Below, piece after piece: positions 23,799 to 35,024 of a DNA stretch of 64,000 bases (positions are counted from its first letter, which is position 1; every line of letters starts with the position of its first letter). The notes under the pieces were generated by a model. That model worked only from the letters and a program-made list of their open reading frames with translations, was not told the origin of the DNA and did no database searches. The translations under genes were made by a program, and so were the position numbers. Source of the stretch: Podarcis vaucheri. Taxonomy: Eukaryota. Location of the stretch: assembly GCA_965113315.1 (NCBI GenBank), contig OZ220375.1. One strand, 5' to 3'.

Positions 23799-24389
23799 CA
23801 GCAGGGAAAGCGAGCTAAGAGCATCTTGCTAGTTTCAGATTGGCATATTGTTTGGCAGCAGCACACTGCTTTGTGAAGTTTCCTCCTCCCAATCTACTCT
23901 CTGTGGATCATTTGTAATCTTGCAAATACTTGTTTTTCAGTGTGTCGAGTGTACATGCAATATACCTGAGTGGGGAGGTGATATTTGAAAACTCTGGTAA
24001 TTTGCATTGAAAGACTTGCATTTCTTGGGTATGAAAATGAAGTGAGTGGATTCCCCCCCTAGGTGCTGAAAAGTGGTTAATGAAGAGTGGAAACTTGAAG
24101 AGAAGTTCATGTTCGTAGAAGTAAGAAACACAACTATTTAAAAAAAAACCCACAATGGTGTGACAAGAGTTTATTGACAGTGATACTGGATTACACAGCA
24201 CATCTCTTTACATGTTAGAAGAAAAGCCCAAAGAGATAATTGATAGTGGAATCTATATAAGTTTGCCATTGCTCTAACATTTCAGCTGTGGGGGGAAATG
24301 AGATTACCTATTTATTTATATTTACCTATTTATTTACTTCATTTTCACTCCACCTCAAGGTATGTACAAGACTAGACACACACAAAAAA

Positions 24390-24625
24390 AATTTGTTTGT
24401 TTAGTCATGTCCGACACTTCATGACCCCATGGACCAGAGCACGCCAGGCACTCCTGTCTTCCACTGCCTCCCGCAGTTTGGTCAAACTCATGCTGGTAGC
24501 TTCGAGAACACTATCTTGTCCTCTGTCGTCCCCTTCTCCTTGTGCCCTCCATCTTTCCCAACATCAGGGTCTTTTCCAGGGAGTCTTCTCTTCTCATGAG
24601 GTGGCCAAAGTATTGGAGCCTCAGG
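24390..24625 (-). mobile_element. BovB (RTE) LINE 3' fragment
   Basis: The minus strand encodes LRLQYFGHLMRREDSLEKTLMLGKMEG plus the BovB 3' UTR. Smaller pieces at ~18980-19048 and ~50725-50805. Confidence 0.85.
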
Positions 24626-26853
24626 GCCCATTAACTCACCAAGAAACTTGTCTGGCTCCTTCAAAAATGGTACCCCCCCCAACTCACAACAGTATGTTAA
24701 CACTATGTTAAGATTGCATTATGTTAAGAAAACTAGAGGGACATCATGCTCCCTGCAGATATTGATATAAAAATGAAGCTTTATTCCTCTCCTTCCAAAT
24801 ATGACCATGCAAGTGTTTTTCCCTCCCAAATGAGTCCCACAGAGCATCGTTAAGTGTAATGAAGATGATGGAATCACCTGCAATTCCTCTGATATCAGGG
24901 GGGCACCTCAGATGAACACCCAACATGGGTGGTGCTGTATGAATAAGAATACCAACAGCAATTATGGCGACACCTGAAGTCAGTGGCTTATTCAGTTATG
25001 TGGGGATGGCAGGATTAACCAAGCAATGGGAGGAGATACTTTGCATATGCTCGGAAACAACTTTATTGTATCCCAAAGTAAGTCATCACTGAGTCTAAGC
25101 ACTAAGAACAAGATTGAGGAATCACACATGTGGAGCCTACATTTTGGAAGGCTTACCATTAAAATGTCTATAATTGACGGTACTTGGTGACCTCCAAGAC
25201 AAAGCCCATAGAGGTTATTAAACCACAGGGAGATCATGCTCCTTGTAGGTATTGATGTTAAAATATAGCAACGGACATACACATTTCTCTCATCCCAAAA
25301 TGGGACCATGCAAGTGTTTTCACCTGCTTCATGAGTCCCACAGGTCATTGCTCACAATAATGGTGTAGTCTCCATCTCATCTACCAACACAGAGCTCCCT
25401 CCAAAAAGGTCCTCAGAAGATGTATAAAAATAATTATGGTTTCGTCCAAAGTCCATGGCTTTAATGTCCCTAGAACATCCAAACAGCACACATGGGGCCA
25501 AGCAAGAACACTCTCCTCATCATCCCTAGTACTTTCTGCTCACAGAAGTGGTTACTCTGTGTGTGGACTCTACCACATCAAATTTCAACACTTGAAAGGA
25601 AAGCTCCTGTACAGAAAACAATCTCCCCCATATGGAGGGGAAGAGAGGGAGAAGAGAGATGTTTAGTCTTCCATCTGACATGGCAAGAATCATATGTGTA
25701 GCAATCTTTTCTCCCACTTGCCATCAAAAATAGTAAATCCCAGAATGACCGCTCCCCATCTCAAATGGGGGGCGCTTTTTGCGGGGTTGCGTGCAGCCCC
25801 TTGATCCTACACGATCCCCGGCAATGTAGCCTGTCTTCGCCTCAGATCTACATTTTCAATTGGAACAAACACAGAGCTGAAATAATAGGTTCTCAAAGTT
25901 TCACAAGGTTTCTTGCCTTAACCCTTGCTGTTAATCCAATCTACAAATCTCTAATACTCAGTACAAACAAACAAGCGCATTCCTGCAAATAAAGAAGTGT
26001 CAAAACAGGGACTGGGCCGTGCTGCAACCCCTTTTCCCTGATGTAGGGATAGGTGAATCAGTCAGTGTCAGTTTATCTTCGATTCTCATTTCTCCAATCT
26101 TAAAATCAGGATTCCAGTCCACACAGGAGCCCTCACTTGAACAATACACCATCTTGGCAGTATCCTTTTCCATCATATCTTCTTCAGCCTGGCTCTATGA
26201 CCTCCTGGTGGGTCTTCTCTGTCATGTAAACTCTAGCAAACTGGTTCTCATAATTTTTTCTCTGGGCCACACTTTCAGAATAAAAATTACTTCACACCAC
26301 ACTGAATTGTTCATTGATAAGAAATACACTGGAAAGGGAAAAGGAACAACTAGCAGTGCTTGATTTATAACATAGAACACAACTACTTCATAATATGCTC
26401 ATGGGACATCCAGAAAGTATTAAACAATGCAGCTACATAAGACCATGAACTATCCCGAAAATATAGTATTGACCGTCCTTGGATCTTCCTGCCACACTTG
26501 GCATCCTCTCCTACCATACCAGTGTGGCGTGCCACATCCTTTGACTCATAAGATATGTGGAAAAATAAACCTATAACTGAAGCGACCAGAGGCACAAGGA
26601 GAACCAAGAATAAAAGTCTCCATATTACATCAAGCAAAATGTTCAACCAATTCGAAGTTACTTATCCCAAATGTCTGGAGAGAGTTTTACATTTTCTTTT
26701 TTACGTATTCTTATTTTATGTATACAATAAAATCCCGCAAAATTGAGACAAAATGTTACCTTTGTTTTCCCTTTCAAAAAATATGTAGACTACACTTCCT
26801 TGGCTCAGAATTCCTTATGTGTCTCTTTTAATCTAACAGAGAAATACAAATAA

Positions 26854-27822
26854 CTAAGACACACATTCCCTCTTTAAGCACATATGAACTATCACCCTCT
26901 TCAAGGTCACCTTTACTTCCTTATTCCTAAGGCTGTAGATCAAGGGATTCAACATGGAGGTAATCACCCCAGATAGCATGCTCACCATCCTGTCCCGGTC
27001 TGGATGGCGGCTGTTGAGAGGCCTAATGTAAGTGAAAATCATGGTACCATAGAAGAGGAGCACGACAATTACATGGGAGGCACAAGTGGAGAAGGCCTTG
27101 CGTTTCCCCTCAGCAGAACGGATCCTAAGGATGGTGGAGATGATGTAGATGTAAGAGACCAGTGTCACAAAGAAAGCCCCCACACCCAAAAACCCACCAA
27201 CAATAAGGACCAACAATTCAGCTGTGTAAGTAGAAGCGCACGATAATGCCTGCACTGGTGCGATGTCACAGTAGTATTGATTGACTTTATTGGATCTGCA
27301 GAAAGGTAGAGTGAACGTCATTACTGTGTGCAGAAGGGAGTTGAGGAACCCTGTGACCCAGGTAACCGCTGCCAGCTGAAGACAAAGCTTCTTACTCATG
27401 ATAACTGTGTATCGTAGAGGGTTGCATATGGCCACATAGCGGTCATAGGCCATGGCAGACAAGAGGTAGACCTCTGTCCCTACCAGTGCCACCAGGAAGT
27501 AGAGTTGTAGCACACAGCCAGCAAAGGAAATGGTATTGATCTCTAACAAGAAGTTCTCCAGCATCTTGGGCACTGTAGCTGTCGGGAAGCAGATGTCCAG
27601 CAAGGAAAGGTGGCTGAGGAAGAAATACATGGGGGTGTGCAAGTGAGAGCTAATTCCTATGGCAAGAAGAATTGTGCCATTTCCTACCAGTGTAATCAGG
27701 TAGATGAGCAAAATGGCAGCAAACAGGGAGAAGCGAACCGCAGGGAGATTAGAAATTCCCATAAGGATGAATTGTGTCACTAGCGTGCCATTCCCAATTT
27801 CTCTGTTCAGAAAGGAGATTTC
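26854..27822 (-). CDS. OR5V1-like olfactory receptor paralog C, main coding exon (no canonical ATG; ATT at 27798-27796)
   Basis: Open OR frame from the acceptor ctcttccag (27824-27823): EISFLNREIGNGTLVTQF... Confidence 0.88.
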   Translation of the reverse strand, partial: EISFLNREIGNGTLVTQFILMGISNLPAVRFSLFAAILLIYLITLVGNGTILLAIGISSHLHTPMYFFLSHLSLLDICFPTATVPKMLENFLLEINTISFAGCVLQLYFLVALVGTEVYLLSAMAYDRYVAICNPLRYTVIMSKKLCLQLAAVTWVTGFLNSLLHTVMTFTLPFCRSNKVNQYYCDIAPVQALSCASTYTAELLVLIVGGFLGVGAFFVTLVSYIYIISTILRIRSAEGKRKAFSTCASHVIVVLLFYGTMIFTYIRPLNSRHPDRDRMVSMLSGVITSMLNPLIYSLRNKEVKVTLKRVIVHMCLKRECVS

Positions 27823-28333
27823 CTGGAAGAGTTTGAAAGCATAAGAGAAACATAAAGCATGTTGAAGGCCTTTTGGGGCTCTTTGAAATCTCCTTTGGTT
27901 TTAATGGCCCTGGACAATTTTGTATCATCAACAAATCTGGCCACCTGACTCCTCATCACTTAGGAACAAGATTAAAAGCACAGGTCCCAATACCTTGGGG
28001 GAACTCTTTCTAAATCTCTCCAGTTGGAGAAGTGTCCCTTTATTCCTCTGCTTCTTTCTAACATAGCCAATTCCTAATCCGCAAGAGTGTTTGCCACCTA
28101 GCCAGCTGAAGCCTTCTGGAGAACTCAAACATTTGCTTACCATTTCCTAATATTTTGTTGGGCCTAATACAGTCTTTACTCGAATGTGGGTTTTTGAATT
28201 TTTCTGTGAGAACGCTCATCTAAGACATCTTCCTATTCACCTGAACATCCTTTCCAGAACATTCCATATATCACTCCCATTCCATAGATCATTTCTATTG
28301 AGGAGCCTTGCTCCTTCTATCTGTACTAGCTAA

Positions 28334-28633
28334 GGGCTTATCTACACTTACCTTTCCTCTGCTCTTTCCAACCACAGTCTGCATTCTAAATCTCCATGTC
28401 CAAGCACCGTGCTGTTGTTGTTGCAGAGCAGTGCCTGCGAAAAGCCACTCTCTAAAGCTCAGTAGGAGCAAACAGCAATCTGTGGAGAACCCGAATTGAT
28501 GTTTGCTCCGATTGAGTGCTAAAGAGCATATTTTTGTGGGGAAAACTTCGAGGCAAAAAATGGAGGATATGGAGCTTTTAAGTGGGGACCTGTACCTGGA
28601 AAGAGTGCAGCAAAAGATGAGTGTAATTAACCC
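28334..28633. mobile_element. Inverted-repeat MITE (GGGCTTATCTACAC termini; PIF/Harbinger-like, tentative)
   Basis: Ends gggcttatctacact and agtgtaattaaccc. An equivalent copy sits in paralog D at ~34669-34960, with a relative at 38968-39251. Confidence 0.5.
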
Positions 28634-28718
28634 TTTTAAACATTATGTGTTCCCAGCTTCCTTCATCCTTGACCTTAATCATAACAATACCCCCATTAAA
28701 CTAATAGCTAATACACAC

Positions 28719-28736
28719 TTGCAATGACTGGCGCAT
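28719..28736 (-). CDS. Predicted upstream coding segment of paralog C (MRQSLQ, phase 0)
   Basis: gtgaat ATG CGC CAG TCA TTG CAA | GTGTGT. Confidence 0.68.
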
Positions 28737-29230
28737 ATTCACACTTAATAATGCCTCTCATCCGGCTTGAGATCAAGGAAGAGTCTGTTCCTCCAGCAGC
28801 CCAGCCTTTCCCTTTAAGTCCCAGCATAAGCAGCACAAGGGAATAGCAGGCGCCAGAGCTCTGCCTCAGTGCCAGCAAACATCTCTTTATGTCTCCAATG
28901 ACCAATGATAAGGCAAAAAGGTGTCCTTGATTTCCCAGCACAATAAACTGCAGCCCTGTGGATAATATTCATTCAAGAAGCTGCTCCCTGTAATATTAAG
29001 AGAATGCAATCTATGTTTTATGTCTTCCAATTTACCAAAGTTTGAAACGGTTCTGGTCCAGGCATTCTGCCCTTAGCAGGGGGGCCAACCTGATCAATTC
29101 CCCCCCACACACACACACACAGTTCAGCTACTTCCCTCTTCCCTTAAAGAGCCACATCTGGGGAGTCTTACAATAAGCCCAGTCTATGTATTCTGAGTCC
29201 CTCTGAACAAGTGTCTATACTGTTTCTTAT

Positions 29231-29878
29231 AGGGACGCGAGTGGCGCTGTGGTCTAAACCACTGAGCCTCTTGGGCTTGCTGATCAGAAGGTCAGCGGTG
29301 GTTTGAATCCCCGTAACGGGGTGAGCTCCCATTGCTCTGTCCCAGCTCCTGCCAACCTAGCAGTTCGAAAGCACTCCAGTGCAAGTAGATAAATAGGTAC
29401 TGCTGTGAGAGCCAGTGTGGTGTAGTGGTTAAGAGCAGTGGACTCGTAATCTGGTGAGCCGGGTTTGCTTCCCCGCTCCTCCACATGCAGCTGCTGGGTG
29501 ACCTTGGGCCAGTCACACTTCTCTGAAGTCTCTCAGCCTCACTCACCTCACAGAGTGTTTGTTGTGGGGGAGGAAGGGAAAGGAGATTGTTAGTCGCTTT
29601 GAGACTCCTTAGGGTAGTGATAAAGCAGGATATCAAATCCAAACTCTTCTTCTTCTTCCATGGTGAGAAGGTAAACAGTGTTTCTGTGTGCTCTGGTTTC
29701 TGTCACAGTGTTCTGTTGCACCAGGAGAGGCTTAGTCATGCTGGCCACATGACCTGGAAAGCTGTCTATGGACAAACGCCAATTGCCTCAGCCTGAAAGT
29801 GAGATGAGCACCGCAACCCCATGGATGCCTTTGACTGGACTTAACTGTCCAGGGTTCCTTTACCTGTAGCTTTTTTTG
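29231..29878 (+). mobile_element. Sauria SINE interrupted by a Squam3 SINE
   Basis: TSD ctgtttcttat at 29220-29230 and 29879-29889. Colinear with the 13211 copy apart from the insert. Confidence 0.85.
29407..29658 (+). mobile_element. Squam3-type tRNA-derived SINE
   Basis: Head gagagccagtgtggtgtagtggttaagagc (A/B-box-like) and (CTT)n tail. A reverse copy is at 58577-59282. Confidence 0.75.
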
Positions 29879-30384
29879 CTGTTTCTTATTGAACCAATTC
29901 TTATAGAACCAGTTTAAACAAAGACATAGCTTAGCAGATCTCAAGTACATCCAGCAGAGTTGAAATAGATAAGAGTTTTTAATATATAACAAATTGAATG
30001 ATTAAAAAGATGTGGATTACGTGGAGTAGTAGAAAACCAAAGGAACCAGGAAAAGGGTGGAAGGGAAGTCATATTCAGGTTTTCATGGATTTACCTGGGG
30101 AAAGCAGCGAGGCAAAGGGGGAAAAGGTGTTTGGACTCTACTTACAGAATAAGAGAGCAAGAAGAAAATGCATTTAAAGAAGACTGGGACGTGTTTATTG
30201 AGTATATGGAAAATAAGTGTGTACAGCTGAAAATGCTGGCAGTGTTAAGATAAATTCAGCAGAGTAAATAAATCTTGATGGATGTAATAGTGGAAAATTG
30301 ATTTGAATGGTTAATGTAAAATCTGCAGGGATGTAAGATATGTAAAATGAACCATGGAAAGAGAAGAAATGAAGTTATTGGATA

Positions 30385-31685
30385 TTTTATTTTATTTTTA
30401 TAATGTTTTTATTCAGTTTTTTCAACTTACATTTATATTCAAATAGTAAGCATAATCATAAACATATAGGATTTCCTGAATCCTTGCACTTCCCTCCCCC
30501 CACTCCATGGATTCCATTGTCAATCTTTTTCAACTGCATTCCATTTTTACCATAGTTCTTGTTAGATTACAAGTGTTGTTACAATCCTGCCAAAGTTTTT
30601 AGTTGTTTACAGTGTTCTCCAAGGTAACTAATAAATGTTTCCCATACTTGTTAAAGTTTCTGTTTTCTAATTTTCTCATTTTCTCATTTTCGCCATTTTG
30701 GCGTAGTTCATCATCTTTATCAACCATTCTTCTCTGGTCACGACTTTAACTTCTTTTCATCTCTGGGCCAAAAGTATCCACGTTGCTGTCATTGCATACA
30801 CGAATAATCTTTTCTGTTCTTTTGATATTTCTGCACCTAAAATTCCTAGTAAAAAAAGCTTCTGGTTTTTTTTCACAAAAGTTATTTTAAACATTTTTTT
30901 TCAATTCATTGTATATCATTTCTCAGAATGCTTTCGTTATTTTGCACATTCACCACATATAGAAGAAGGTGCCTTCTTCCTCCTTATATTTTCAACAGAT
31001 ATTTGAAGAATTTCTATACATTTTTGTTAGTTTAGTAGGTGTTAGATACCAATGATACATCATTTTCATATAGTTTTCCTTCAACATACAGCATGCTGTA
31101 AATTTTAAATCTTCCCTCCATAACTTTTCCCAAGATGAAAATTGTATATTATGCCCAATATCTTTTGCCCATTGTAGCATTACTGATTTAACTTCTTCAT
31201 CTTTAGTATACCATTCTAGCAGCAGCTTATACATTTTTGAAAGTAACTTCACATTATTTTCCAGTAAATCTTTTTCAAACCTTGAAATTTCCTTATTAAA
31301 TCCATTCCTTTTATCCATGTTAAATATATCATTTAATTGGTGGTATTGTAACCTATCAGTTACTAAGTGTCTTATATCCTCATTTTTTTTTCTTTTTAAG
31401 TGTTGCTCTACTTCTGTTAACAGCTCTTTATAGGTTGCCCATTCATTTTTTGCATTTAACTTTCAAGGATATAACTTCCAGTGGGAAGAGCCACCATCTT
31501 GTAGTTTTTTTATAATATTTTGTTGATAAACCATCTGACCCTGGTGATTTACCTAATTTTGTTTGGTTAATTACCTGTTGCAGTTCCATTGTTGTTATTG
31601 GTGCATTTACATCATTAATTTTCTCTTTAGGAAATTTTGGTACATTATTCTGCTTTAAATATTCCACAATTCTGTCCTTATTTTC
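30385..31685 (-). mobile_element. L1-clade LINE ORF2 fragment, degraded; tail-to-tail with a + strand L1 3' piece at ~29950-30380
   Basis: ORFs 31443..31667 (NAPITTMEL...KSPGSDG) and 30992..31318 (WEKLW...ENYMKMMYHWYLTP). Confidence 0.8.
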
Positions 31686-32573
31686 TTTACCGGCTAAATA
31701 TAGCTCTGTGTAATGTCTTACAAACTGTCTTCAAAGAGAAGTCATTGGATATTTTAAAATTTGTAAAACATTTATTTGAAAATAGTGGCTGAGGGTGTGG
31801 TTGGTTGTCTTTGGTTGGCTTTAGTGAGAACATGTATTTTTGAATCATGTTAGCCAGATTGATTCGTATGCTGTTGGCGGATTGTCGTTGTTCTCTTGTT
31901 GGGCTGTGTATGTGATAAAGGGGAACCAAACCTGGGTGAAGGCGTTTTCCTCTATTTGTCCCTGTGTCAGTTTCGGTTTCTCAAACTTCTTTTCTCTGGG
32001 CCACACTTTCAGAATAAAAATTACCTCACACCACACTGAATTGTTTATTGATGAGTAATACATTGGAAAAGGGAAAGGAAAAACTCCCAGCAGTGCTTGA
32101 TTTATAACACAGAACACAACTACTTCATAATATGCTCATGGGACATCCAGAAAGTATTAAGCAATGCAGCTACATAAGACCATGAACCATTCCCAAAACA
32201 TAATACTCAGTGTCCTTGGATATTCTTGCCACACTTGTCATCCTCTACTGCCACACCAGTGTGGCACGCCACATCCTTTGACTCACAAGATATGCAGAAA
32301 CATAGACCTTTAACTGAAATGACCAGAGCCACGAGGAGAACCAAGAATAAAAGTCTCCCTATTACATCAAGCAAATTCCTGGTGTCTAGAGAGACTGATG
32401 GGGGAGAGAGAGTTTTACAATTTTTTTCTTTTTGGTATTCAAAAAAATCTCAGGAAACTGAGGCAAAGGGTTACCTGTGTTTTCCCTTTCAAAAATTGGA
32501 TATACTGTACTACTTTTCCTTGGCTCAGAATTACTTATGCGCTCATTCCACCTTAACTGAGAAATACAAATAA

Positions 32574-33542
32574 CTAAGCCACACATTTGCTCTTTAAGCA
32601 TTTATGAACTATTACCCTCTTCAAAGCCCCTTTCACCTCCTTATTTCTGAGACTGTAGATCAAGGGGTTCAACATGGGCGCAATTACCCCATAGAGCATG
32701 CTCACCATCCTGTCCTGGTCTGGATGGTGGCTGGAGGAAGGCCTTAAGTAAGTGAAGAGGATTGTCCCATAGAAGAGGCACACCACAATTAGATGAGAGG
32801 CACAAGTGGAGAAGGCCTTGCGTTTCCCCTCAGCAGAACGTATCCTAAGGATGGTGGAGATGATATGGATGTAGGAGACCAGCGTCACCATAAAAGCCCC
32901 CACACCCAAAATCCCACCAACAATGAAGACAACCATCTCAGCCACATAGGTGGAAGCACATGATAAGGCCAAGACTGGAGGGATGTCACAGTAGTATTGA
33001 TTGACTCTATTGGATCTGCAGAAAGGTAGAGTGAAAGTCAACACCGTGTGTAGAAGGGAGTTGAGGAACCCTGTGACCCATGTACCAGCAGCCATCTGAA
33101 GACAAAGCTTCTTGCTCATGATGACCGTGTATCGCAGAGGGTTGCATATGGCCACATAGCGGTCATAGGCCATGACAGCCAAGAGGAAGACCTCTGTCCC
33201 TGCCAAGGCTATCAGGAAGTAGACTTGCAGCACACACCCAACAAAGGAAATGGTATTTCTCTCTGACAAGAGGTTCTCTAGCATCTTGGGCATTGTAGCT
33301 GTGGGGCAGCAGATGTCCAGCAGGGAAAGGTTGCTGAGGAAGAAATACATGGGGTTGTGCAAATGAGAGTCAGCTGCTATGGCAAGCAAGATAGCACCAT
33401 TTCCTATCAGGGTCACCAGGTAGATGAGCAAAAAGGCAGCAAAGAGGGAGAAGCGGACAGCTGGGAGATCAGAAAGTCCGGTTAGGATAAATTCTGTCAC
33501 TAGGGTGCCATTCCCTATTTCACCATTCAGAAAGGAGCTTTC
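32574..33542 (-). CDS. OR5V1-like olfactory receptor paralog D, main coding exon (no canonical ATG; ATA at 33518-33516)
   Basis: Open OR frame from the acceptor ctcttccag (33544-33543): ESSFLNGEIGNGTLVTEF... The next in-frame ATG comes only after TM1. Confidence 0.88.
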   Translation of the reverse strand, partial: ESSFLNGEIGNGTLVTEFILTGLSDLPAVRFSLFAAFLLIYLVTLIGNGAILLAIAADSHLHNPMYFFLSNLSLLDICCPTATMPKMLENLLSERNTISFVGCVLQVYFLIALAGTEVFLLAVMAYDRYVAICNPLRYTVIMSKKLCLQMAAGTWVTGFLNSLLHTVLTFTLPFCRSNRVNQYYCDIPPVLALSCASTYVAEMVVFIVGGILGVGAFMVTLVSYIHIISTILRIRSAEGKRKAFSTCASHLIVVCLFYGTILFTYLRPSSSHHPDQDRMVSMLYGVIAPMLNPLIYSLRNKEVKGALKRVIVHKCLKSKCVA

Positions 33543-33902
33543 CTGGAAGAGTTTGGAAGCATAAGAGACACATGAAACATGTTGAATGCTGCAGACATAG
33601 TAGGGATTGAGATGAGCTCCAAGAGGATCTCTCCAAATCAGGATTGTGAGAAATTAAATGGGAAAGTACAATTCAATGTAAGAGAATGTGAAGGGATCCA
33701 CACTGGGGCAAACGATCCAATATTCACATTTACCTCAATGGGGTTTGGACACTGGGTCAGCATCTTTACTGAGCCATCAATTTACAACCCCAAGGTCTCT
33801 TTCCTGGTCATCCACTGGAAGTTGTGACCCCATATGTAAATATGTGAGCTTAAGGTTTATTCATTTTTTATTTTGCACCAACATGCATCACTTGTTTACA
33901 TT

Positions 33903-34148
33903 TACAGTGGTACCTTGGGTTACATACACTTCAGGTTACATACGCTTCAGGTTACAGACTCCGCTAACCCAGAAATAGTACCTCGGGTTAAGAACTTTGC
34001 TTCAGGATGAGAACAGAAATTGTGCTCCAGCGGTGTGGCGGCAGCAGGAGGCCCAATAAGCTAAAGTGGTGCTTCAGATTAAGAACAGTTTGAGGTTAAG
34101 AACGGACCTCCGGAACGAATTAAGTACTTAACCCGAGGTACCACTGTA
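33903..34148. mobile_element. Tc1/mariner (Tigger-like) MITE
   Basis: TA-CAGTGGTACCT...AGGTACCACTG-TA. Confidence 0.85.
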
Positions 34149-35024
34149 ATTGTATTTCCCATTTTATTTCACTCGGTTTGAGTAGGTCCTTCGGAGCTCT
34201 TTGCAATCACTTTTTTTTTTTAATGGCACTGAACAATTAGTATCATTAACAAACTTGGCCACCTCAATTCTCACACCTGACACCTCATCACTTAGGAACA
34301 AGATTAAAAGCACAGGTCCCAATACCGAACCTTGGGGGACTCCACTTTCTGAAACTCTCCAGTAGGAGAAGTGTCCGTTTAATCCTTTGCTTTCTTCTAT
34401 TTAACCAATTCCTGATCTGCAAGAGTGTTTACCACCTAGCCAGCTGAAGCATTCTGGAGAACTCAAAGATTTGCTTTCCATTCCATAACGTTTTGTTTGG
34501 CCTAATAAAGCCTTTGTTCTAAACAGGATTTTTGAATTTTTCTGTGAGAATTCTCATCTAAGGCATCTTTCTATTCACCTGAACATCCTTTCCAGAACAT
34601 TCCATGTACCACTCCCATACCATATAACCTTGCCATTGAGGAGCCTTGCTCCTCTCTGTACTAGCTAAGGGCTTATCTACACTCACCTTTCCTCCGCTCT
34701 TTCCAGTCACGGTTCCCACTTTAGAGTTTCACGTCCAATCATCTTTTTTTAATTATTATTCCAGAGCTTTGCCTGTGAAAGCCAACTCTCTAAAGCTCAG
34801 TAGGAGCAAACAGCAATCTGTGGAGAACCCAAATTGATGTTTGCTCCGATTGAGCACTGAAGAATAGGTTTCCACAGGGAAACTCTGAAGCAAAAAAAAC
34901 CCTCCGCAGCTTTTAAGCACTGGCCTGTGCCTGGAAAGAGTGGAGCAATATGCAAGTGTTCCCCGCTTCCTGCATCCTTGAGCTTCATCATAACAGCCCC
35001 ATTAAGCCAATAGCTAATACACAC

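Noticed and set aside
29407-29480. tRNA-like sequences (also at 13211, 49586 and ~55800)
   Set aside because: These are heads of tRNA-derived SINEs continuing into SINE bodies, not tRNA genes.
27780-33500. GTG starts given by the ORF track for paralogs C and D, or calling them pseudogenes
   Set aside because: GTG starts would drop the NGT glycosylation site. The frames are intact and an in-frame upstream ATG exon explains them better.
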